The notes: generated by a model not told the origin, from the sequence alone. Shown: positions 11,127-19,122, counted from the stretch's first letter. The stretch: DNA of 24,000 bases from Solwaraspora sp. WMMD792 (GCF_029626105.1 NZ_JARUBH010000009.1:6666011-6690010); one strand, 5' to 3'. Translations and numbers: made by a program.

Positions 11127-12557
11127 TCAGCGTTGCAGGGTCAGCACGCCCGGCCGGTAGGGGAGGAGGCCGTAGTCGCCGCCGGAGTTGGGGGAGCGGC
11201 CTTGGTAGAGGAATTGGAGGTTGCAGGGGTCGATGGTCATGGTCTGGTCGGCGTTGGTGCGGATGAGTTCGCCGTGGCTGATGTCGTTGGTCCAGGTGGC
11301 GCCGCTGTTGGCTTTTCCTGCGAAGGGGTTGTTTTCGCTGGTGGCGTTCGGGGTCCAGGTGCCGCCGAGGTTGGTGGCGGTGAAGGAGCGGAAGTAGCGG
11401 CCCTGGGAGCCGATGGCTTCGACGATCATGAGGTAGCGCTGTTGGCCTTGGAGTTTGTAGACCTGGACGCCTTCGAAGAGGTTGTTGGTGGTGTCGGTCA
11501 TGATGGTGGTGTAGTTGGAGCCGAAGCTGCCGGGGAAGTTGCCGATGGGCATGCTGGCGCGGTAGATGCGGCCGTTGTCGCCGGCGAAGAAGAGGTACAT
11601 GTTCTGGTCGTCGCCGATGAGTGCTTGGTCGATGGGTCCGGTGCCGGAGTTGCTGATGCTGCCGGTGAAGAGGGTTTGGTGGGCGGACCAGCTGTTGACG
11701 TTGGTGGGGTTGGTGGAGGTGCGGTAGGAGAAGGCGGGGCCGCCCCACTGGTAGGCGAGGACCCAGATGTTGCGGGGGGCGAAGTAGAACAGCGACGGTG
11801 CGACGGCGGAGAAGGGCATGGCGTTCTGGCTGGCGGAGCCCATCTGGTTCCAGTTGGAGAAGAGGCCGAAGTTCATGGAGCCCCAGCTGGTGCCGTAGTC
11901 GTGGTTGGTGGCGTAGACGAGGTGTTGGCCGTTGTAGGGGGCGTGGGTGAAGTCCTTGAGGGACACCCAGCCGGAGCGGGGTTGGGCGAGTGCGCCGGTG
12001 GAGGTCCAGCGGTACGTCGACGGCAGATTGCAGGCCGGCGGCGCGGTGGTCGGCGGCGGTGCGGTCGTGGGTGGCGCGGTGGTCGGTGGCGGTGCGGTGG
12101 TGGGTGGTGCGGTGGTCGGCGGTGCGGTGGTCGGGGTCGTGCCGCCGTTACACGCCACACCGTTGAGCGCGAAACTCGTCGGTGCCGGGTTGCTGCCCGT
12201 CCACGAGCCGTTGAAGCCGAACGACACCGTGCCGTTGGTGGGAACGGCGTTGTTGTAGCTCACGTTGCTGGCGGTCACCGCCGAGCCGCTCTGGGTCAGT
12301 GAGGTGTTCCAGGCCTGCGTCACCGTCTGCCCGGCGCCGAACGACCACGTCAGCGTCCAACTGGTCAGTGGATCCCCGAGGTTCGTGATGGTCACGTTGG
12401 CGCCGAACCCGCCCGGCCACTGTGACGACACGGCGTAGTTGACCGAGCAGCCCGCCGCAGCGGCATCGGCCGGTGCCGCCACGACGAGCGCGGCCGACGC
12501 CAGCAACGCGGCCCCGGCCGACGCCAGCCCGGCTCTGGTTGTTCTCGATTTGATCAT
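11127..12557 (-). CDS. Secreted alpha-L-arabinofuranosidase: signal peptide, CBM2, Pro/Thr linker, GH62 catalytic domain (476 aa)
   Basis: The CBM2 region is [25 protein letters not shown]...[24 protein letters not shown]. The GH62 region is [23 protein letters not shown]...WVLAYQWGG...[27 protein letters not shown]...[10 protein letters not shown]...YLMIVEAIG...RYFRSFTA...DISHGELIR...[14 protein letters not shown] at 12557 ([10 protein letters not shown]) follows GGGAGAG. Confidence 0.9.
   Translation of the reverse strand: MIKSRTTRAGLASAGAALLASAALVVAAPADAAAAGCSVNYAVSSQWPGGFGANVTITNLGDPLTSWTLTWSFGAGQTVTQAWNTSLTQSGSAVTASNVSYNNAVPTNGTVSFGFNGSWTGSNPAPTSFALNGVACNGGTTPTTAPPTTAPPTTAPPPTTAPPTTAPPPTTAPPACNLPSTYRWTSTGALAQPRSGWVSLKDFTHAPYNGQHLVYATNHDYGTSWGSMNFGLFSNWNQMGSASQNAMPFSAVAPSLFYFAPRNIWVLAYQWGGPAFSYRTSTNPTNVNSWSAHQTLFTGSISNSGTGPIDQALIGDDQNMYLFFAGDNGRIYRASMPIGNFPGSFGSNYTTIMTDTTNNLFEGVQVYKLQGQQRYLMIVEAIGSQGRYFRSFTATNLGGTWTPNATSENNPFAGKANSGATWTNDISHGELIRTNADQTMTIDPCNLQFLYQGRSPNSGGDYGLLPYRPGVLTLQR
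12035..12140 (-). repeat. Coding Pro/Thr linker repeat, (P)PTTAP x about 6
   Basis: Encodes [36 protein letters not shown] between the CBM2 and GH62 domains. Imperfect 15/18-bp periodicity is visible as GGTGGTCGG/GGTGCGGTG repeats on the + strand. Confidence 0.85.
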
Positions 12558-12636
12558 GTAGCACTCTCCCGCAGGACGGTGACCTCGCACGTGTGCTCAG
12601 GTCAGTGTTAGGTGAGCGTTAACATCCGTGCCGGGT

Positions 12637-12665
12637 ATGTTACGGGAGCGCTCCCAGTCCATCAA
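12637..12665 (-). promoter_or_regulatory. Predicted promoter of the GH62 gene (-35 TTGATG, 17-nt spacer, -10 TAACAT)
   Basis: The minus strand reads TTGATG (12665-12660), a 17-nt spacer, then TAACAT (12642-12637, fitting TANNNT). This is about 80 nt upstream of the ATG at 12557. Confidence 0.5.
12643..12656. promoter_or_regulatory. CebR/CelR-type operator (14-bp cellulase-regulon palindrome)
   Basis: CGGGAGCGCTCCCA matches 13/14 positions of TGGGAGCGCTCCCA, the LacI-family CelR (Thermobifida) / CebR (Streptomyces) box. It lies entirely within the -35/-10 spacer of the predicted GH62 promoter. Confidence 0.7.
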
Positions 12666-12672
12666 CCTATGT

Positions 12673-13671
12673 CTATGCTGGGACGTCAGGTTCCTGCATG
12701 AGCCGCGCCGGAGGCAGATGCGAGTCCGGGTCCGACGGGCGGGGCCCCTCCGGGCCGTCCGGGCCGACCCGGACGAAGGTCTCCACCCGGGTCACTCGGC
12801 ACGGGACGCCCTTCAACTCGAAGTCGTCGGTGCGGGGCGGCCGGTGCGCCGCGCGGGCCCGCTCGTACGCGGCCACGAACTCCTCCACCGGGGTGTCGTC
12901 GTCCAGCTTGACCCCGACGTCGGAGATCGAGAACGACTCCGCGTCCCGGGCGTCCTGCGGCGTCGCGTAGGTGGTGGACGACCGAGGCCGCCATCGGCCA
13001 GCGACGCACTCTCCGACGGTGAAACCGACCGGGAGCAGCACCACGTTCGGATGCGTGGTCACCGCCAGCCGGGAATCGGCGTGCACGTCCCCTGGGACAG
13101 CCCTCGGATGGTAGGAGGCGGAGATCATTTCCATCCGGACGAGTCCGTTGGTCAGTCCGGTGCCGGCGGCCGGGTCAATAACGAATCCGTCCAACTGCGA
13201 GGTGTTCCGCTTCGTCTGGCCGGGCGGGTACGGGTCCGGGTCGGTCGGCCGGGGTGGCTCCGGCCCGTCCGCGCCCATCCGGATGAACGGCTGGGCGCGG
13301 ATGATCCGGTAGCGGGAACCGTTGACGGTCAGTTCGTCGACCGCCTCCCAGTCCAGCAACTCGTACACCGCTTCGTACTCTGCCCGCTCGGCGGCGTGCT
13401 CGGGGGTCTGCGGTGTCTCGCTGTGCAGTCTCCGGAAGTGGGATGCAAGGCTGTCACGGGCGTCCTGCGGGCTGTCGGCGTTCAGCCGCAGGATTCGCCA
13501 CCGACCGTTCACCTCCTGGGCGGAGCCGTAGATCGGGGCACCCCACATGAGCTTCGGGTAGGCGGCCGCACGGTTGCGGGCGTCGTCCTCGGAAACCGCC
13601 GATACCGGGTCGTCCCGATGCTCGATTTTGATCAACAGGTGCTCAGGCACCTGGTTGGCGTCATAGACCAT
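12673..13671 (-). CDS. Hypothetical protein with an internal module duplication (332 aa)
   Basis: High GC3 runs from ATG 13671 (MVYDANQVPEHLLIKIEHRDDP...) to TAG 12673. Upstream in-frame codons (AGA-rich MVRMVRMV...) look non-coding. Two modules each start with PQDARD and end with RYRIIRAQPFIRMGADGPEPPRPTDPDPYPP / CRVTRVETFVRVGPDGPEGPRPSDPDSHLPP. No catalytic motif was recognised. It may belong to an actinobacterial DUF family (possibly DUF5954, unverified). Confidence 0.75.
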   Translation of the reverse strand: MVYDANQVPEHLLIKIEHRDDPVSAVSEDDARNRAAAYPKLMWGAPIYGSAQEVNGRWRILRLNADSPQDARDSLASHFRRLHSETPQTPEHAAERAEYEAVYELLDWEAVDELTVNGSRYRIIRAQPFIRMGADGPEPPRPTDPDPYPPGQTKRNTSQLDGFVIDPAAGTGLTNGLVRMEMISASYHPRAVPGDVHADSRLAVTTHPNVVLLPVGFTVGECVAGRWRPRSSTTYATPQDARDAESFSISDVGVKLDDDTPVEEFVAAYERARAAHRPPRTDDFELKGVPCRVTRVETFVRVGPDGPEGPRPSDPDSHLPPARLMQEPDVPA

Positions 13672-13759
13672 GTACGCATTGTGATGGCTCGATCGCTGGG
13701 CCGCAGCCCCGCCCTGCCGGGATCGGCCCGCATCACGGTCGATCCGTCTCGGTGTGGCC

Positions 13760-14623
13760 CTACTGGCCGTTCGGGTCCAGGCTCTGCTGACCATTCTGAC
13801 CATTCTGACCATTCAGGTCCAGGGCAGCACGCGCCTCGTCTCGGCTGGGGTACCCGCAGAGCTCGACGAGGTTGCCGGTCGTCGCGACGAAGGCCTCGTA
13901 GATGTCGTCGTCGAAATGGTTGAGCCAGTCGCCGGCCTTGCCCTTGCGGTAGTGCGCCGTCGGCCCGGTCTCCAGGCGATTCTTGCGCATCCGGGAGAAC
14001 CCGTGCCGGTCGAGCAGCGCCGCCAACTCGGCCGGAGGCAGGGCAATCCCACAGTGCCGCAGCAACTCTTCCACCTCGTCCGCCTGTCGCTCACCGGTCA
14101 GATCCTCGTACCGGAAGAGGCGGAACGTCTCGGCGCTGGGTGCGACCACCCACGACCGCAGCGCGGAGAAGAGGTTCTTCTCCGCGAGGTGGTTGATGAT
14201 GTAGAGCAGGCCTTCCTTGCGTGGCTTCTCTTTGAGGATCTTCCGATGGTGCAGGACGTCACCCATCGGGGTGTGCGAGTTCCGCAGCGAGAAGTAACTG
14301 GAGACGACGATGTCGCGCGGGTCCCGCATCACGAAGAAGGCCCGGTACTTCTCCGGCTTGGGGATCGCTTCGAAGCGTTTGTAGCCGACGAAGAGCGACG
14401 AGGCGACCCGGCCGGGCGGAATGGCGTCAGGGTAACGCCGCCGGTGGACTCGCTGATCGAAGGGCAGCAGGCCGGAGTACTGATACACGACCGGGTCGCT
14501 GAGGATGGCCTTCACCCACTGGCTGCCCGTCTTGCGGACCGTGCAGTGGTAGATGTTGTCGTATTCGCAGCGGGCGACCACCGGGATCGTCAGCCGGCTT
14601 CTCGCGATCCGCGTCTCGAGCAT
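13760..14623 (-). CDS. PAPS-dependent sulfotransferase, cytosolic-SULT-like (Sulfotransfer_1 type, about 287 aa)
   Basis: The 5'-PSB-like loop is CTVRKTGSQWVKAIL. The 3'-PB-like motif is FFVMRDPRDIVVSSY. The C-terminal RKGKAGDWLNHFDDD matches the RKGxxGDWKxxF signature. The start is placed at ATG 14623 (MLETRIARSRL...). In-frame GTG codons 9-24 nt upstream are alternatives, and the track start at 14944 is unlikely. Confidence 0.8.
   Translation of the reverse strand: MLETRIARSRLTIPVVARCEYDNIYHCTVRKTGSQWVKAILSDPVVYQYSGLLPFDQRVHRRRYPDAIPPGRVASSLFVGYKRFEAIPKPEKYRAFFVMRDPRDIVVSSYFSLRNSHTPMGDVLHHRKILKEKPRKEGLLYIINHLAEKNLFSALRSWVVAPSAETFRLFRYEDLTGERQADEVEELLRHCGIALPPAELAALLDRHGFSRMRKNRLETGPTAHYRKGKAGDWLNHFDDDIYEAFVATTGNLVELCGYPSRDEARAALDLNGQNGQNGQQSLDPNGQ
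13787..13813 (-). repeat. 9-bp tandem repeat x3 (CTGACCATT) at the 3' end of the sulfotransferase gene
   Basis: Exact copies at 13787-13795, 13796-13804 and 13805-13813. On the minus strand they encode NGQNGQNGQ in the C-terminal tail ...LDLNGQNGQNGQQSLDPNGQ*. Confidence 0.9.
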
Positions 14624-14725
14624 CGTCCACCGCACCGCCACCCGCACGTTGCTGGGCGTGTGGTGCTTGGCGAAGGTGAAGGTCCGTTTGATCAGTGTCC
14701 TAGCCCTGTCTCTGCCCGCAGCCGG

Positions 14726-14827
14726 TCCCTGTCCGAAGCGGATCCCTGCCCGAAGTGGACGACACGCATCAGCGGATGCTGCGCATCTCAGCCTGAGATG
14801 ATAGTACGCACCCCAGCCTGAGATGAT
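14726..14827. repeat. Cluster of direct repeats between the sulfotransferase and the GntR remnant (17-bp x2, 14-bp x2)
   Basis: TCCCTGTCCGAAGCGGA (14726-14742) is followed directly by TCCCTGCCCGAAGTGGA (14743-14759), 15/17 identical. CAGCCTGAGATGAT occurs at 14789-14802 and again at 14814-14827, exact, 25 bp apart. The first copy is preceded by TCT, giving the short palindrome TCTCAGCCTGAGA; the second copy lacks it. Confidence 0.6.
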
Positions 14828-15119
14828 GATGGACGTGGACCGCTCGGTCAACCTCGGAGCCGCCCGTGAATCGATGCGGCAGCCCACTACGTACCGCGAG
14901 CTCGAGGCGGCGGGGCTGGTGACCTCCCGGCGTGGCGGCGGCACCCGGGTCGCGGCCGCGCCGCCCGCCGGGCCCGGTCCGGATGAGATGCTGCGTCACC
15001 AGGCTGCCGCGTTCGTCCGCGAGACGCGTCAACTCGGCGTGGACGACAGCCAGATCATCTCGGCGGTCGCCCGAGCGCTGGCGGCTTCGATGCAGGACCC
15101 CGACGCGCAGGTCCGGTAG
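14823..15119 (+). pseudogene. 5'-truncated or degenerate GntR-family (YtrA-like) regulator remnant
   Basis: The 98-aa ORF contains TYRELEAAGLVTSRRGGGTRVA, which is the recognition-helix end and wing of a GntR wHTH, plus a short YtrA-like helical tail (LRHQAAAFVRETRQLGVDDSQIISAVARAL). The first ~45 residues of the HTH are missing. No upstream frame encodes them, and the same frame upstream is closed by TGA TAG. Confidence 0.45.
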
Positions 15120-15144
15120 TCTGCCATCCAGGAGTTGGGCCGGC

Positions 15145-15462
15145 TCAAAGGATGTCGAGAACGGCGCGTAGCAGCCGGTTGACCTCGACCATCTCGGCCG
15201 GGCTCAGGCGGCCGACGCGCTCGCCGATCGCCTTTTCGACGTCGACGGCACGCAGTTGGTCCAGCATGAGTCGGGTTGGCTCGCCGCGTACGGTGACCTC
15301 GGGCCGGAACACGTACGGGTGGGCTGAGGTGGAGGTAGGAGCGACGATCGTCGTGGACAGGTTGAGATCGTCGGACTGCACCACCACGGCGTACCGCGCT
15401 CCTTGTTGCTCGTGACCGACGGCATCGCGGGGTGCGCGCAGCCGGTGAACGTCACCACGCAC
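15145..15462 (-). CDS. mazF: Type II toxin, MazF/PemK-family endoribonuclease (105 aa)
   Basis: VRGDVHRLRAPRDAVGHEQQGARYAVVVQSDDLNLSTTIVAPTSTSAHPYVFRPEVTVRGEPTRLMLDQLRAVDVEKAIGERVGRLSPAEMVEVNRLLRAVLDIL fits the PemK/MazF SH3-barrel pattern. GTG at 15462 overlaps the antitoxin 3' end by 11 nt (GTGCGTGGTGA). Confidence 0.85.
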   Translation of the reverse strand: MRGDVHRLRAPRDAVGHEQQGARYAVVVQSDDLNLSTTIVAPTSTSAHPYVFRPEVTVRGEPTRLMLDQLRAVDVEKAIGERVGRLSPAEMVEVNRLLRAVLDIL

Positions 15463-15691
15463 TGAGCTCGTCCATCTCAGCCTGTACGCGGCGAACCTCC
15501 GCGAGGTCGTCGATGTTGCCACGAGCGTGCTCCGCGTCGGCCCGCATCTTTGCCCTCAGCGCCTGGTCGGCGTGCTCATCGAGAAGCCGCGTGATGACCT
15601 CGTCAATCGGCGCGTCACCGAACTCTTCCGTGCGGGTCCGCATCAGCCGGTCGCGAGTGGCCGTGCTGACCCGGATCGTCGTCGTCGCCAT
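15452..15691 (-). CDS. mazE: Type II antitoxin, ribbon-helix-helix type (79 aa)
   Basis: MATTTIRVSTATRDRLMRTRTEEFGDAPIDEVITRLLDEH has the RHH beta-strand plus two helices. The acidic C-terminal tail is ...RRVQAEMDELSAW. It lies directly upstream of, and overlaps, the toxin gene. Confidence 0.8.
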   Translation of the reverse strand: MATTTIRVSTATRDRLMRTRTEEFGDAPIDEVITRLLDEHADQALRAKMRADAEHARGNIDDLAEVRRVQAEMDELSAW

Positions 15692-15698
15692 GCAGAGA

Positions 15699-15727
15699 AG
15701 TCTACGTATCAGGCTACATTCTGTCTA
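15699..15727 (-). promoter_or_regulatory. Predicted mazEF promoter (-35 TAGACA, 17 nt, -10 TAGACT), probably giving a leaderless mRNA
   Basis: The minus strand reads TAGACA (15727-15722), a 17-nt spacer, TAGACT (15704-15699), 7 nt, then ATG (15691). There is no SD before the ATG. Both hexamers overlap the GTAGAC repeat series. Confidence 0.5.
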
Positions 15728-15741
15728 CAACTTAGGTCTAC
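15700..15741. promoter_or_regulatory. Four phased hexamer repeats (GTCTAC/GGCTAC), candidate antitoxin operator
   Basis: GTCTAC 15700-15705, GGCTAC 15712-15717, GTCTAC 15723-15728, GTCTAC 15736-15741. Spacing is 11-13 bp, about one helical turn, in the only AT-rich stretch of this intergenic region. Confidence 0.45.
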
Positions 15742-15760
15742 TTCCTCTGGCTGCTTGTCG

Positions 15761-15774
15761 ATCCGCTAGCGGAT
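15761..15774. promoter_or_regulatory. Perfect 14-bp palindrome ATCCGCTAGCGGAT upstream of choD (candidate operator)
   Basis: The sequence is exactly self-complementary and lies 55 nt upstream of the choD ATG (15829). It is followed by GGATCGGCGGATCGG direct repeats. Confidence 0.35.
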
Positions 15775-15828
15775 GGATCGGCGGATCGGCTCGTGGTGCA
15801 GCGGTTACCAGTCGGTAATGATGGCGGG

Positions 15829-17499
15829 ATGCGGTACGACGTGGTCGTGATCGGGTCCGGGTTCGGCGGCAGCGTCGCCGCGCTGCGGCTCGCTGAGAAG
15901 GGCTACTCGGTGCTGGTGCTGGAGGCCGGCCGCCGCTTCGCCGACCACGAGTTGCCGCGCACCTCCTGGCGGGTGCGACGGTTCCTGTGGATGCCGGCGC
16001 TCGGCTGCTACGGAATCCAGCGGATCACCCTGCTGCGCCCGCCCAGCCGACGCGGAGCAGCCCGCGTACGCGCAGGAGGAACAGGTACAGGGGAGACACC
16101 CACGGGGGAGAGCAGCGGCCGGGCCGGGGTGCTGGTGCTGTCCGGTGCCGGCGTCGGCGGCGGGTCGCTGGTTTACGCCAACACGCTCTACGAGCCGCCG
16201 GACGACTTCTACGCCGACCCGCAGTGGTCCGGCATCACCGACTGGCGGGCCGAACTCGCCCCGCACTACGCCCGCGCAAAGCAGATGCTCGGCGTCGTCG
16301 ACTATCCGCGTACCACCGCCGCCGACGAGGCGATGCGGGCGGTCGCCGACCGGATGGGTGCCGCCGACACGTTCCGGTCCACCCCGGTCGCCGTCTACCT
16401 CGGTCGTCCCGGTGAGCGGGTCGCCGACCCGTACTTCGGTGGGGCCGGGCCGGACCGGGTCGGCTGCACCCACTGCGGTTCCTGCATGACCGGTTGCCGG
16501 GTCGGTGCCAAGAACTCGCTGCCGAAGAACTACCTGTGGTTCGCCGAACGGGCCGGAGCCCAGGTCCGCCCGCTGACCACGGTCGTCGGGCTGCGGCCGG
16601 GTCCGGACGGTGCCGGCTACCTGATCGACGTACGGCGTACCGGTGCCTGGGTCGGCGGCCGGCAGACGATCACCGCCGACCAGGTGGTGCTCGCCGCCGG
16701 GGCGCTCGGCACCCAGCGGCTGCTGCACGCCGCCCGCGCCACCGGCGTGCTGCCGGCGATCTCCGCCCGGATCGGCGCCCTGACCCGGACCAACTCGGAG
16801 GCGATCCTCGGCGTGTCTGTCCCCCGCCGGGCCGCCCGCCGCCGCGCCCTCGACTTCACCGACGGGGTGGCGATCACCAGTTCGTTCCACCCGGAGCCGG
16901 GCACCCACGTGGAGCCGGTGCGTTACGGCGACGGGTCCAACCTGATGGGGCTGCTGCAGTCGGCGCTGGTAGCCGGCGGGCCGCACCGGGTGCGCCGCTG
17001 GCTGGCCGCGCTGGCCGGCCGGCCCCGCGACACGGTACGGCTGCTGTCGGTTCGGGACTGGTCGCGGCGCACCATCGTGGCGCTGGTGATGCAGTCGGTG
17101 GACAACTCGCTGACCACGTACCACCGACGCGGGCGGCTGGTCGCCGGGCACGGGCACGGCGAGCCGAACCCGAGCTGGATCCCGGCCGGTCACCGGGCGG
17201 TACGGCTGCTCGCCGACGAGATCGGCGGCCTGCCGGGTGGCGCGGTCACCGAGCCGTTCGACGTGCCGATGACCGCGCACATCCTGGGCGGGGCGGTGAT
17301 CGGAGCCACCGCTGCCGAGGGCGTCGTCGACCCGTACCACCGGGTGTTCGGTTGTCCGGGCCTGCACGTGGTCGACGGCGCGGCGGTCCCGGCGAACCTG
17401 GGGGTGAACCCGTCGCTGACCATCGCCGCGCTCGCCGAGCGGGCGATGGCCCACTGGCCGGTCAAGGGCGAGCCGGACCGCCGTCCGCCAGCGATCTGA
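15829..17499 (+). CDS. choD: GMC-family FAD oxidoreductase, ChoD (cholesterol oxidase-like, Rv3409c-type)
   Basis: MRYDVVVIGSGFGGSVAALRLAEKGYSVLVLEAGRRF...GAGVGGGSLVYANTLY...CTHCGSCMTGCRVGAKNSLPKNYL...HILGGAVIG...VVDGAAVPANLGVNPSLTIAALAERA is collinear with Mtb ChoD (recalled), apart from an insert at 16039-16128. Confidence 0.9.
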   Translation: MRYDVVVIGSGFGGSVAALRLAEKGYSVLVLEAGRRFADHELPRTSWRVRRFLWMPALGCYGIQRITLLRPPSRRGAARVRAGGTGTGETPTGESSGRAGVLVLSGAGVGGGSLVYANTLYEPPDDFYADPQWSGITDWRAELAPHYARAKQMLGVVDYPRTTAADEAMRAVADRMGAADTFRSTPVAVYLGRPGERVADPYFGGAGPDRVGCTHCGSCMTGCRVGAKNSLPKNYLWFAERAGAQVRPLTTVVGLRPGPDGAGYLIDVRRTGAWVGGRQTITADQVVLAAGALGTQRLLHAARATGVLPAISARIGALTRTNSEAILGVSVPRRAARRRALDFTDGVAITSSFHPEPGTHVEPVRYGDGSNLMGLLQSALVAGGPHRVRRWLAALAGRPRDTVRLLSVRDWSRRTIVALVMQSVDNSLTTYHRRGRLVAGHGHGEPNPSWIPAGHRAVRLLADEIGGLPGGAVTEPFDVPMTAHILGGAVIGATAAEGVVDPYHRVFGCPGLHVVDGAAVPANLGVNPSLTIAALAERAMAHWPVKGEPDRRPPAI

Positions 17500-17560
17500 G
17501 GCCAGCGCATCGGCGACCTGAACCATCGTCCAGCCGTCGCCGGCACGGTCGGTAGGCTTC

Positions 17561-19122
<1,562 letters not shown>

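Noticed and set aside
11106-12302. 398-aa + strand ORF rich in Gly/Val, antisense to the GH62 gene.
   Set aside because: It is a by-product of the strong C3 codon bias of the GH62 catalytic domain on the other strand. There is no plausible protein family, and the GH62 frame is clearly the real one.
14624-14944. Longer version of the sulfotransferase ORF (394 aa, start 14944).
   Set aside because: The extra 107 aa are low-complexity and repeat-derived, cover the direct-repeat region and overlap the GntR remnant. The sulfotransferase fold begins shortly after M108.
15474-15490. CATCTCAGCCTG..TACGC inside the mazE 3' end resembles CATCTCAGCCTG(AGATGATAG)TACGC at 14785-14810. This hinted at a duplicated junction.
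   Set aside because: The exact match is only 12 nt. Matches of that length are expected by chance several times in 24 kb of biased-composition DNA. The second copy also lies inside a well-supported coding frame.
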